Part shown: piece after piece, positions 26,713-37,400 of the stretch
How the letters are laid out: each line of letters begins with the position of its first letter
Position numbering within the stretch: the stretch's first letter is position 1
Assembly (NCBI GenBank): GCA_963785725.1
Contig: CAWAWS010000039.1
Coordinates: forward strand, 352,001-416,000
DNA from: an uncultured delta proteobacterium
Lineage (GTDB): Bacteria > Myxococcota_A > Polyangia > Palsa-1104
Length of the DNA: 64,000 bases
Direction: 5' to 3'
Made by a program: the position numbers and the translations under genes
Notes under the pieces: generated by a model
The model's database searches: none
What the model saw: only the letters and a program-made list of their open reading frames with translations
Told to the model about the DNA's origin: nothing

Positions 26713-27795
26713 ATGCGAACCGAGATTTTGCTGGTCGCGCTGCTCGCTGGCTCCGTCGTCTTTGGCGGCTGCAAGCACCACAACGCGAGCGGCTACGACG
26801 GCGGCACCATCGGAGACGGCGGCACCGTCATCCACATCGGCGACGGCGGCAACGGCGGCCTGACCGCGGCCTGCGTGTCCTCGGCGGCGGCGGTGCAAGC
26901 GCTCGGCGCCGACGTGCTCTTCCTGCTCGATACGTCCTATTCGATGGACTACAACCTGAAGTGGACCTCGATCTCGCAAGCGCTGGAGCAGTTCGTCCAA
27001 GATCCGCGCTTCACCGGCTTGGGCGCGGGCATCCAATATTTCCCGCTGCGCGAGACCTGTGACGAGCCGTCGTACGCGATGCCGGCGGTGCCCGTCGACG
27101 TGTTGCCGGCGGCGTCGTCGACGCTGATTACGTCGATCGAGTCCAAGCGCATGGCCGGCGGCACACCGACGGCGCCGGCCATGCAAGGCGTGCTCGCCTA
27201 CGAGACCGCGCGCGCCGCCGCCAACCCCACGCGCAAGCAGGTCGTCGTCATGGCCACCGACGGCGTGCCCGACGACAGCTGCACCGTCGAAGGCGACATG
27301 GGCACGCCCAACACGATCGACGAGGTCGTCTCGCTCGTGACCGCGGCGCAGCAGGCGAGCCCCAACGTCGTCACGTTCGTCATCGGCGTCGGCAGCGAAT
27401 TGACCGCGCTCAACGCCATCGCCGCGGCCGGCGGCGGCACGCCGACGGCGCTGCTCGTCGACACCACGCAAGACATCACCACCGAGTTCTCGTCCGCGCT
27501 CGATCAGATCCGCAAATTGGCCTTCGCCTGCGAGTTCGCCGTGCCGCTGCCGCCCGCCGGCCTCTTGATCGACCCGACGCACGTCAACGTCACCTTCACG
27601 ACGTCGTCGACGGTCAACTTCGTCTACGTCGGCAGCTTGGCCGGCTGCAGCGCCAACCTCGACAACGGCTGGTATTACGACGACCCGAAGAAGCCGACCA
27701 AGGTCATCTTGTGCGACGGCGCCTGCAACGCCGTGCGCGGCTCGTCCAACGGCGAGGTCGACGTCATCTACGGCTGCGAGACGCTGATCCAATGA
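26713..27795 (+). CDS. VWA-domain lipoprotein
   Basis: Lipoprotein-like signal ending FGGC; MIDAS LLDTSYS, GGTPT, ATDG; C-terminal GWYYDDPKKPTKVILCDGAC module. Confidence 0.88.
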   Translation: MRTEILLVALLAGSVVFGGCKHHNASGYDGGTIGDGGTVIHIGDGGNGGLTAACVSSAAAVQALGADVLFLLDTSYSMDYNLKWTSISQALEQFVQDPRFTGLGAGIQYFPLRETCDEPSYAMPAVPVDVLPAASSTLITSIESKRMAGGTPTAPAMQGVLAYETARAAANPTRKQVVVMATDGVPDDSCTVEGDMGTPNTIDEVVSLVTAAQQASPNVVTFVIGVGSELTALNAIAAAGGGTPTALLVDTTQDITTEFSSALDQIRKLAFACEFAVPLPPAGLLIDPTHVNVTFTTSSTVNFVYVGSLAGCSANLDNGWYYDDPKKPTKVILCDGACNAVRGSSNGEVDVIYGCETLIQ

Positions 27796-28823
27796 AGCAG
27801 CGGTTGCTCGTGTCGCTGCTGGCGCTGGCCGGCTGTCACCACAGTCACGCGACGAAAGCAGCCGACGCCGGCTTCGACAGCGACGGCGGCTTCGCGTCGA
27901 CCACGTTCGATCTCGGCTGCGCGTCGTCGACGGCCAAGGCGCAGCTGGTGCCGGTGCAGCTCGTCGTCCTGCTCGACCGTTCGGGCTCGATGGGCGACGG
28001 CGTCAACGGCGACCCGACGCTGAAGTGGGATCCGGTCACCGCCGGGCTGGACGCGTTCTTCGCCGATCCCGCGTCGGCCGGTGTGAGCGCGTCGCTGCAT
28101 CTGTTTCCATCGATCAACGACGAGTGCAATCCCGACGCCTATTACACGCCGGTCGTGCCCATGTCGCCGCTGCCCGACGCGACGACGTATGCTGCCGCCA
28201 TCAGCGCCGCCGGCGCGCCGGCCGGCGACACGCCGACGCTGCCGACCGTCTCGGGCGCGATCTCGTACGCGCAGGACTCGGCGACGGCGGGCGCGCGCAG
28301 CGCCATCGTCCTCGTCACCGACGGCGATCCCGACGCCTGCGACTCGTCCGTCTCCAACGTGTCGTTCGAGGTCGCGAAGGCGGCGGCGACCATCCCGACC
28401 TACGTCATCGGCGTCGGCTCCGACCTGTCGAGCCTCGACATGATCGCGCAGTCGGGCGGCACGACGGCGCCGACGCTCGTCTCGGTCGGCGACGCCGACC
28501 AGACCAAGAGCGACTTCTTGACCGCGCTCGAGCAGATTCGCGGGCTGGTCTTGAGCTGCGACTTCGCGATCCCGTCGCCGCCGGCCGGCCAGACGCTCGA
28601 CTACAAGAGCGTCAACGTGCTGTTCACGCCGTCGAGCGGCGCCGCCGAGCAGCTCTTGTACGACAGCGCCTGCTCGACCGGTGTCGGCTGGCGCTACGAC
28701 GACCCGACGGCGCCGACCAAGATCGAGCTCTGCCCCGGCAGCTGCACCGACGTCAGGCAGGACCACGGCGGCCGCATGGACGTCATCTTCGGCTGCGCCA
28801 CGAGCGGCAATCTGATCTCCTAG
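27792..28823 (+). CDS. VWA-domain lipoprotein (paralog)
   Basis: Lipobox LALAGC; MIDAS LLDRSGS, DTPT, VTDG; C-terminal GWRYDDPTAPTKIELCPGSC module. Confidence 0.88.
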   Translation: MKQRLLVSLLALAGCHHSHATKAADAGFDSDGGFASTTFDLGCASSTAKAQLVPVQLVVLLDRSGSMGDGVNGDPTLKWDPVTAGLDAFFADPASAGVSASLHLFPSINDECNPDAYYTPVVPMSPLPDATTYAAAISAAGAPAGDTPTLPTVSGAISYAQDSATAGARSAIVLVTDGDPDACDSSVSNVSFEVAKAAATIPTYVIGVGSDLSSLDMIAQSGGTTAPTLVSVGDADQTKSDFLTALEQIRGLVLSCDFAIPSPPAGQTLDYKSVNVLFTPSSGAAEQLLYDSACSTGVGWRYDDPTAPTKIELCPGSCTDVRQDHGGRMDVIFGCATSGNLIS

Positions 28824-28828
28824 CGCGA

Positions 28829-30414
28829 CTAAGCTTTCGCGCGGGCCAACGCCGTGTCGATGCGCTTGAGGCAGCGCTCGCGTCCGAGCAGCGCCAAGCA
28901 CTCGAACAGCCCCGGCCCGCCGGCTGCGCCCGTCGTCGCCACGCGCACCGCGTGCACGATGTCGCCGAGCCCGAGCGACTGCTGCGCCAGCCACGCCTGC
29001 GTGCCCGCCTCCAGCGCCGCCGCCGTGAAGTCGGGCGCGTCCGCGAGCCAGCCGCGATAGGCGCTCAGCTTCTCGGCCGCGCCCGGCGCGCGCACCCGCT
29101 TGTCGAACGCCTTGTCGTCGACGCTGGCCACGTCCTCGCCGAAGAAGAACGGCGCCTGCAACAGCACGTCGCCGAACACCTTGAGACGATCGCCGATGGC
29201 CTCGACGACGCGCCCCAAATAGACGTCATCCTCGCCGTTGAGCCAACCGGCGCGCTCCAAGAACGGCCGCACGCGCCGCACCTTCTCGTCGATCGGCACC
29301 GCCTTCATGTACTGCATCTGAAACGAGTCGAGCTTGGCCGGATCGAAGCTCGCCGGCGCCACGTTGACGCGCGACAGCGAGAAGCTCTCGATCATCTCGG
29401 TGCGCGTCAGAAACTCGGTCTTGTCGTCGAGCGACCAGCCGAGCAGCACGAGATAATTGACGATCGCGTCCGGCAGATAGCCGACCTGCTCGTAGAAGTC
29501 GACGACGACGGGATTGAACGTCTCCTGCGTCGTCTCGAGCTTCATCGCGGCCGCGATCTGCATGCCGTGCTCGTGCACTTTCTTGAACTCGTGGTTCTTC
29601 AAGTACTGATCGAGCTTGCGCTTCGACAGCTTCTTCTTCGATCCCGGCTCGGCCACGTACGGCAAATGCGCGTACACCGGCCGCGGATACTTCAGCGCGT
29701 CGACGATGAAGACCTGTCGCGGCGTGTTCGACAGATGCTCCTCGGCGCGAATGACGTGGCTGACGCCGAAGTCGTAGTCGTCGACGACGTTGGCCAGGTG
29801 GTAAATGAAGCTGCCGTCGCCGCGCTGAATGACGTGATCGGCCTCTTGCTGCCACTGAAACTCGACGTCGCCGCGCACTTCGTCGTGCAGGACGAGCTTG
29901 CCTTCGCGCGGCATCTTCAGCCGCACGACCCAGGCGCGCCCTTCGGCGGCGAAGCGCGCGCGGTCGGCCTCGTCCTTCGCCATCCACGTGCGGCTGTATA
30001 CGAACTGGAATTTGCCGTCGGTGGCGACTTTGCGCTCGGCCTCCATCTCGTCGGCCTTCGCGTAGTCGTAATAGGCGTCGCCGCTCTCGATCAGCCGATC
30101 GACCGCCGCCTGATAACGATGCGAACGCTGCGACTGAAAGTAGGGCGCGTGCGGCCCGCCCACTTCCGGCCCTTCGTCCCACTGGATCTGCAGCCAGCGA
30201 AAGCCGTGCAGAATCGGCGCCAGCGCCGCTTCGACGTTGCGCTCGCGATCGGTGTCGTCGATGCGCAGCAGATACTTGCCGTAATGTTTGCGCGCGAAGA
30301 GCCAATTGAACAGCGCCGTGCGCACGCCGCCGATATGCAAAAAGCCCGTCGGCGACGGCGCGAACCGCGTGCGCACCACCGGCTGATTCGGCAGCACCGA
30401 AATCTTCTCGGTAT

Positions 30415-30418
<4 letters not shown>
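28829..30418 (-). CDS. gltX: Glutamate--tRNA ligase
   Basis: [39 protein letters not shown]. Confidence 0.97.
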
Positions 30419-32475
<2,057 letters not shown>

Positions 32476-32558
32476 GGCGCCCTGTGTTTATCAGGCTGGC
32501 CCGCCGCCGGCAATCGAACTGGCGACGAAGAATGATCCGCCGGTGTATGCTCCCGCGC

Positions 32559-33071
32559 ATGGCCACGCCGCTGCCTCTGTCACGCCGTCCCGGTGACTTC
32601 GCTTTCATCGGCTTTTTCATCGTCAACCTGTTCTTCGTGACCTATATCGTCGACATCGAGCAGCTGACGATCGCCAACCCCTTCAACTTCACCTATCCGC
32701 TGTGGCCGCCGCGTCCGCTCGTCGACATGGTCCATTGGTGGGGGCGCAACTTCGACCCGGCGCTGATGGCGCGCGAGCCGTGGTGGCGGGCGACGATCTG
32801 GATCGACGCGCTCGGCTTCGGCCCGTTCTACGCCTTCGCCATCTACGCGTTCGTCAAAGGCCGCGACTGGATTCGCATCCCCTGTTTCATCTGGGCCGGC
32901 GTCATGTTCGCCAACGTCGTCATCATCCTGTTCGAGGAGATCTTGGGGGCGCACGCGACGCCGCGGCCGGGCATCGTCGTCGCCGCCAACGTCCCGTGGC
33001 TGCTGTTTCCGCCGCTCATCGTGCTGCGCATGGCGATTCGCGAGCGGCCGTTTACGCAGGCGCGGTCGTGA
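32559..33071 (+). CDS. EXPERA/emopamil-binding (sterol isomerase/TMEM97-like) membrane protein
   Basis: Four hydrophobic helices; WWGRNFDPAL, WIDALGFGPF, ANVPWLLFP patterns typical of EXPERA proteins. Confidence 0.75.
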   Translation: MATPLPLSRRPGDFAFIGFFIVNLFFVTYIVDIEQLTIANPFNFTYPLWPPRPLVDMVHWWGRNFDPALMAREPWWRATIWIDALGFGPFYAFAIYAFVKGRDWIRIPCFIWAGVMFANVVIILFEEILGAHATPRPGIVVAANVPWLLFPPLIVLRMAIRERPFTQARS

Positions 33072-33871
33072 TCGTCAGCGATTTTCAGCGGCAATATGGA
33101 CCGTGGGCCGTCGTCGCCGGCGCGTCGAGCGGGCTCGGCGCCGAGTTCGCGCGCCAGCTGGCCGGCCGCGGGCTCAACGTGCTCTTGCTGGCGCGGCGCC
33201 GCACGTTGACCGAGCAGCTGGCGCGGCAAATCGCGACCGAATTCAAGGTGGAAGCGCGCGCCGCCGAGGTCGATCTATCGTCGCCGGCGCTGCTCGAGCA
33301 GCTGCGCGCCGCGACGGCGGGGCTCGAGGTCGGCCTCGTCGTCTACAACGCGGCGCAGTCGCTGATCGGGCCCTTCATCGAGCAGTCGCTGGAAGAGAAG
33401 CTGCGCATCGTCGACGTCAACTGTCGCGGGCCGCTCGTGTTCGCCGACGAATTCGGGCGTCAGATGGTGGCGCGCGGTCGCGGCGGCATCGTCATCATGG
33501 CGTCGCTGGCCGCGGCCCAAGGCTCACCGCTCGTCGCGACCTATGCCGCGTCGAAGGCGTTCGACCTCGTGCTCGCCGAAGGACTATGGGACGAGCTCGG
33601 CCGCCACGGCGTCGACGTCGTCGCCTGCCGCGCCGGCGCCACGCGCACGCCCAACTACGAAGCCGCGCGACCGGCCGGCAAAGTGCCGATCATGGAGTCG
33701 GCGCCGGTCGTCAAAGCGACGCTCGATCAGCTCGGCCACGCGCCCAGCTTCGTGCCCGGCTTCATCAACCAGATGGTCAGCCAAGTCTTCGGCCGCCTCT
33801 TGTCACGACGCACGGCGATTCGCATCATGGGCAACGCCACGCGCAAGCTCTATCCCGCCGATCGCGCGTGA
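33068..33871 (+). CDS. Short-chain dehydrogenase/reductase (17-beta-HSD3/12, ketoacyl-reductase-like subgroup)
   Basis: YGPWAVVAGASSGLG, LLLARR, VYNAA, YAASK; GTGA overlap with the EXPERA gene. Confidence 0.9.
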   Translation: MIVSDFQRQYGPWAVVAGASSGLGAEFARQLAGRGLNVLLLARRRTLTEQLARQIATEFKVEARAAEVDLSSPALLEQLRAATAGLEVGLVVYNAAQSLIGPFIEQSLEEKLRIVDVNCRGPLVFADEFGRQMVARGRGGIVIMASLAAAQGSPLVATYAASKAFDLVLAEGLWDELGRHGVDVVACRAGATRTPNYEAARPAGKVPIMESAPVVKATLDQLGHAPSFVPGFINQMVSQVFGRLLSRRTAIRIMGNATRKLYPADRA

Positions 33872-33878
33872 GCCGCGC

Positions 33879-34637
33879 CTAAAGAATGAAGGGGACGATC
33901 GCTTTGCGCGAGCGCGGATAGTCGGCGAACGTGTCCTTGTACCACTTGTGATTCGACCACGCGCGCGGCACGAGGTTGGCGATCGTCCACACGACGAAGG
34001 CGGCGCCGGCCGGTGACCACGCGGCCAGCGTCCAGCCGCACCACTCGAGGATTTCGCCGAGATAATTGGGCGCCGACACCAAGCGGTAGAGCCCGCCGGT
34101 GGGGATCTTGTAGCCGCTTTCGCCGGGCGCGCGCAGGGTCCGCAACACGTGGTCGGAGTGCTGGTTGATGACGTAGCCGGCGAGGAAGAGGGCGACCCCG
34201 CCGAGAAAAGGCGCGCTCGTGAGCCAGGCGTCGCCGAAGGCGTGAAAGTGCGTCAGCCAGCGCGCGTTCAAGTAGCCGTTGACGCAGTTGAAGGAGAAGC
34301 CGAGCGCGACGACGGCCAGCGGCATCGGCTTGTCCCCGCCGCGACGCCGGAACGGATAGATGAACGAGCGGTTGAAGTAGTGCAGCTGCCACACGACGAG
34401 CAGCACCAGCGGCACGCGCGCGAACGCATGCTCGCCCATAAAGGCGACGACGGCGAACACCAGCGACGCCGGCGCCTCCATCAGCACCCAGCCGACGGTC
34501 GAGCGCACGGTCGGACCCCAGCCGCCGCGATTGTGGCGACCGTAAGGCGCGGTGATCAGAAACAGCGCCAGAAAGGTCACGACCGACAGCGCCAGCATGA
34601 CGAGCAGGAGCCCGTCGAAAAAATGCCGCTCGTTCAT
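33879..34637 (-). CDS. 3-oxo-5-alpha-steroid 4-dehydrogenase (steroid 5-alpha-reductase family)
   Basis: APYGRH, GWVLMEAP, HYFNRSFIYP, NGY, NQHSDHVLRTLR, YKIPTGG, PNYLGEILEW, PRA..NHKWY, RKAIVPF. Confidence 0.92.
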   Translation of the reverse strand: MNERHFFDGLLLVMLALSVVTFLALFLITAPYGRHNRGGWGPTVRSTVGWVLMEAPASLVFAVVAFMGEHAFARVPLVLLVVWQLHYFNRSFIYPFRRRGGDKPMPLAVVALGFSFNCVNGYLNARWLTHFHAFGDAWLTSAPFLGGVALFLAGYVINQHSDHVLRTLRAPGESGYKIPTGGLYRLVSAPNYLGEILEWCGWTLAAWSPAGAAFVVWTIANLVPRAWSNHKWYKDTFADYPRSRKAIVPFIL

Positions 34638-34641
34638 GCGC

Positions 34642-35652
34642 CTAGCCTGCGGAGCGCATCGTTCGCGCGGGCGAGTCGAGCTGGCCGGCCTCGCGGAACC
34701 AGTCGTAGGTGTCGGTCAGCGTGTCGCGCAGCGGGCGCGGCTCATAGCCGAGCTCGCGCGTCGCCTTGGCGTGCGACACCAGCTGATGATTGCGCAGCGC
34801 GTGCAACGAGCGGCTGGTGAACAGCGGCTCCTTCTGCATGACCTTGGCCGCTGCCGTCGCGAACGGCGCCCCGACGCGCGCCAGCCACATCGGCGACACG
34901 AAGCGCGGCGCGCGCACGCCCGTCAGCTCCTGCGCCAGCTGCGCCAGCTCGACCACGCTCTTGTGCGTGCCCGACAAGAGATAACGCTCACCGGTGCGGC
35001 CGCGCTCTGCCGCCGCCATCGCGCCCGCGGCGACGTCGCGCACGTCGACCCAATCGAAGCCGCCGTCGATCAGCGCGGGCAGCCGCCGATGATAGAGATC
35101 GAGCAGCACGAGGCCCATGCGCGACGGACCGTAATCGTGCGGCCCGACGATCGCCGTGGGATTGACCACCACGGCGTCCAGCCCGCGCTCGAGCCCTTTT
35201 TTGATCTCGCGCTCGCCGCCCGCCTTCGAGCGATCGTAGGGCGGACCGGTGTGACCGTCGTTGAGCGCGCGCGTCTCGTCGACCGGCTCCGAGCGCGGAT
35301 AGGCCGAGAACGCGTGGATCGAGCTGAAGTGCACCAGCCGCTCGACGTGGTTCTGCAAGCAGGCGGCGACGACGTTGCGCACGCCGCCGATGTTCACCGC
35401 CTCCACTTCCGCTTCGTTACCGGGCGCGATGTTGATGTTCGCCGCCAAGTGAAACACGCGCTCCACGCCGGCGAAGGCGGCGACCAGCGACGGCGCGTCG
35501 CGGACGTCGGCCTCGAGGAACTCGACGGGCAAGTCTTCGATGCCGCGACGGTTCGAGTGGGTGATGGCGCGCACGTCGTGACCGGCGGCGAGCAGTGAAC
35601 GGACGAGGTTGGCGCCGACATGGCCGTTGGCGCCCGTGACCGCAATCTTCAT
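34642..35652 (-). CDS. Extended SDR (3-beta-HSD/HpnA/dihydroflavonol reductase-like)
   Basis: TGANGHVG, VFHLAA, VHFSSIHA, YDRSK, NPTAIVGP, WVDVRDVA. Confidence 0.88.
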   Translation of the reverse strand: MKIAVTGANGHVGANLVRSLLAAGHDVRAITHSNRRGIEDLPVEFLEADVRDAPSLVAAFAGVERVFHLAANINIAPGNEAEVEAVNIGGVRNVVAACLQNHVERLVHFSSIHAFSAYPRSEPVDETRALNDGHTGPPYDRSKAGGEREIKKGLERGLDAVVVNPTAIVGPHDYGPSRMGLVLLDLYHRRLPALIDGGFDWVDVRDVAAGAMAAAERGRTGERYLLSGTHKSVVELAQLAQELTGVRAPRFVSPMWLARVGAPFATAAAKVMQKEPLFTSRSLHALRNHQLVSHAKATRELGYEPRPLRDTLTDTYDWFREAGQLDSPARTMRSAG

Positions 35653-35689
35653 GCCGCGGAATGTACACGAAAAGCGACTAGAACGTGTA

Positions 35690-36223
35690 TCAGTCGCCGC
35701 CGCTCCCGCGCTTGGGCGGGCCGTCGTCGATGGGGGCGTGATCGGTCCGACCGCTGTCGCGCCAGGCCCACGCCGACATCAAGACGTCGTCGAGGCGGGT
35801 CGCGGTCTCGTCGTCGAGCGCCTCGGCTTGGCAGCGATCGCACGTCGGAATCGGGAAATCGGCGGGGATGGCCACGAACACGCCGCGAAAAGGCGCGCTG
35901 CGACCGGCGCAGGCGACCGGCGACAGCATGCCGCCGCGGCAAAACGGGCACGGTCGCCGCTCCGGCGCCGTCGCTGCCGGGGCCCGCGCGGCCAGCTTGG
36001 CGAAGGTTCGCAGGGCCAGCTCGGTGCGCACGAACAGCGCTTCGGCCTTCTGCAGGCAGCCGTCGTCGCAGGCGAGCAGCCGCTCGGCGTCGACGCGGCA
36101 GTCGTCGAGCATCGACGCCAGCCAGGCGTCGCGAGCGAGCGCCGCCGCTTCCGCCGTGCGCAGCTCGTCGGCGACTTGGCGCAGCCGCGACCGCAGCCGC
36201 TCCGTCTCACTCGGCGTATCCAT
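35690..36223 (-). CDS. Hypothetical protein with C-terminal YgiT/MqsA-type zinc ribbon
   Basis: CPFCRGG...VAIPADFPIPTCDRCQAEALD; helical N-terminal half. Confidence 0.6.
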   Translation of the reverse strand: MDTPSETERLRSRLRQVADELRTAEAAALARDAWLASMLDDCRVDAERLLACDDGCLQKAEALFVRTELALRTFAKLAARAPAATAPERRPCPFCRGGMLSPVACAGRSAPFRGVFVAIPADFPIPTCDRCQAEALDDETATRLDDVLMSAWAWRDSGRTDHAPIDDGPPKRGSGGD

Positions 36224-36318
36224 GTTCCAGGTGGGAGTAAGCCGCGCCGATATGTAGGGCAAGTGCGTGAAACTAGTTTTGTTTTGTCTGACGTTTCGCG
36301 GCGACGTCCGTCACGAGC

Positions 36319-36696
36319 TCAGCCGCAGTGATGGCGCACGAAGGCCAAGAGCGCGTCGACGTCGACCGGCTTGGCCAGCACGAAGGAGACGCCGTCGGGC
36401 AGCGTGACGTCGACGTTGGCCGACTGCACACCGACGGGAATGCGCGCCCAGCGACGGTCGCGGCGCAGCGTGACCAGCAATTCCCAGCCGTCCATCACCG
36501 GCATCTGCAGATCGAGCAGCAGGAGCCGCGGCGGCGACGGCAATTCGGCCAAGCGCAAGAGGGCGTCGCGGCCGTTGGCGGCGGTGACGACGGTGAATCC
36601 GGCGGTCTCCAGGGTCGCGCGCAGAAGCACGCGCGTGTCGTGATCGTCCTCGACGACCAGCACCAGCGGCGGCGGCGCGTTCGATTCGGCTTCCAA
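36319..36696 (-). CDS. Single-domain response regulator
   Basis: VLVVEDD, LLLDLQMPVMDG, QSA, LAKP; TTG start with GGAG upstream. Confidence 0.88.
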   Translation of the reverse strand: MEAESNAPPPLVLVVEDDHDTRVLLRATLETAGFTVVTAANGRDALLRLAELPSPPRLLLLDLQMPVMDGWELLVTLRRDRRWARIPVGVQSANVDVTLPDGVSFVLAKPVDVDALLAFVRHHCG

Positions 36697-36884
36697 AAGC
36701 GACTCCGTTCACCCCTCCCAAAGAGGAGTAAGCACTAGCGCGTCAGGCCGCAAACTGAGGCGCCTCGCGTCAATATGGGGGCGGGACACCCGAACGGGGC
36801 ATCGATTCACCAGTGCGACCTCGTTAAGCCGTTGAAACTGTATGGATGCGATATGGCCTCACTCTTGATGTGTCACTAGGAACG

Positions 36885-37400
36885 ATGACCTCCGTTTTGC
36901 GACTGGAATACGAGGTGCGCACCAAGAATGGCGCCATTTTGGAGTCTTCGGACGACCGCGGGCTGCTCGAGTTGGTGCCCGGACGACATCGGCTCTTGCC
37001 GGCGCTGGAGGAGATCATCGCCGGCCTGCGCGTCGGCCAAGAGGCCCGCGGCGAATTGCCGGCGCACCGCGCCTTCGGCGACGAGAGCGTCCTACCGACG
37101 ATGCACATCGCGCGCAGCGAGTTTCCGTCCGCGGCCGGGTCGGCGCCGCCGCAGCCGGGCGAGCGCTACGAGGCCAACACGCCCATCGGCGATTTCGTGC
37201 GCTTTGCGGTGCTGGCGGTCGACGGCGCCTTCGTTCACGTGCGGCTGCTCCATCCGCTGAACGAGGCCGATTTGGAATATCGCTTCAAGCTCCTGGCCTG
37301 CAACGAGGTCGGTGGTCCGCCGCCGCTGCCGGCGCACGTGCTCGGCATCGACAGCGCCGCCATCGAGATCATCGAGGAGCGCAGCGGTCCGGCAAGCTGA
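36885..37400 (+). CDS. FKBP-type peptidyl-prolyl isomerase (SlyD-like)
   Basis: LRLEYEVRTKNGAILESS, LLPALEEIIAGL, AFG, HPLNEADLEYRFKLL. Confidence 0.75.
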   Translation: MTSVLRLEYEVRTKNGAILESSDDRGLLELVPGRHRLLPALEEIIAGLRVGQEARGELPAHRAFGDESVLPTMHIARSEFPSAAGSAPPQPGERYEANTPIGDFVRFAVLAVDGAFVHVRLLHPLNEADLEYRFKLLACNEVGGPPPLPAHVLGIDSAAIEIIEERSGPAS

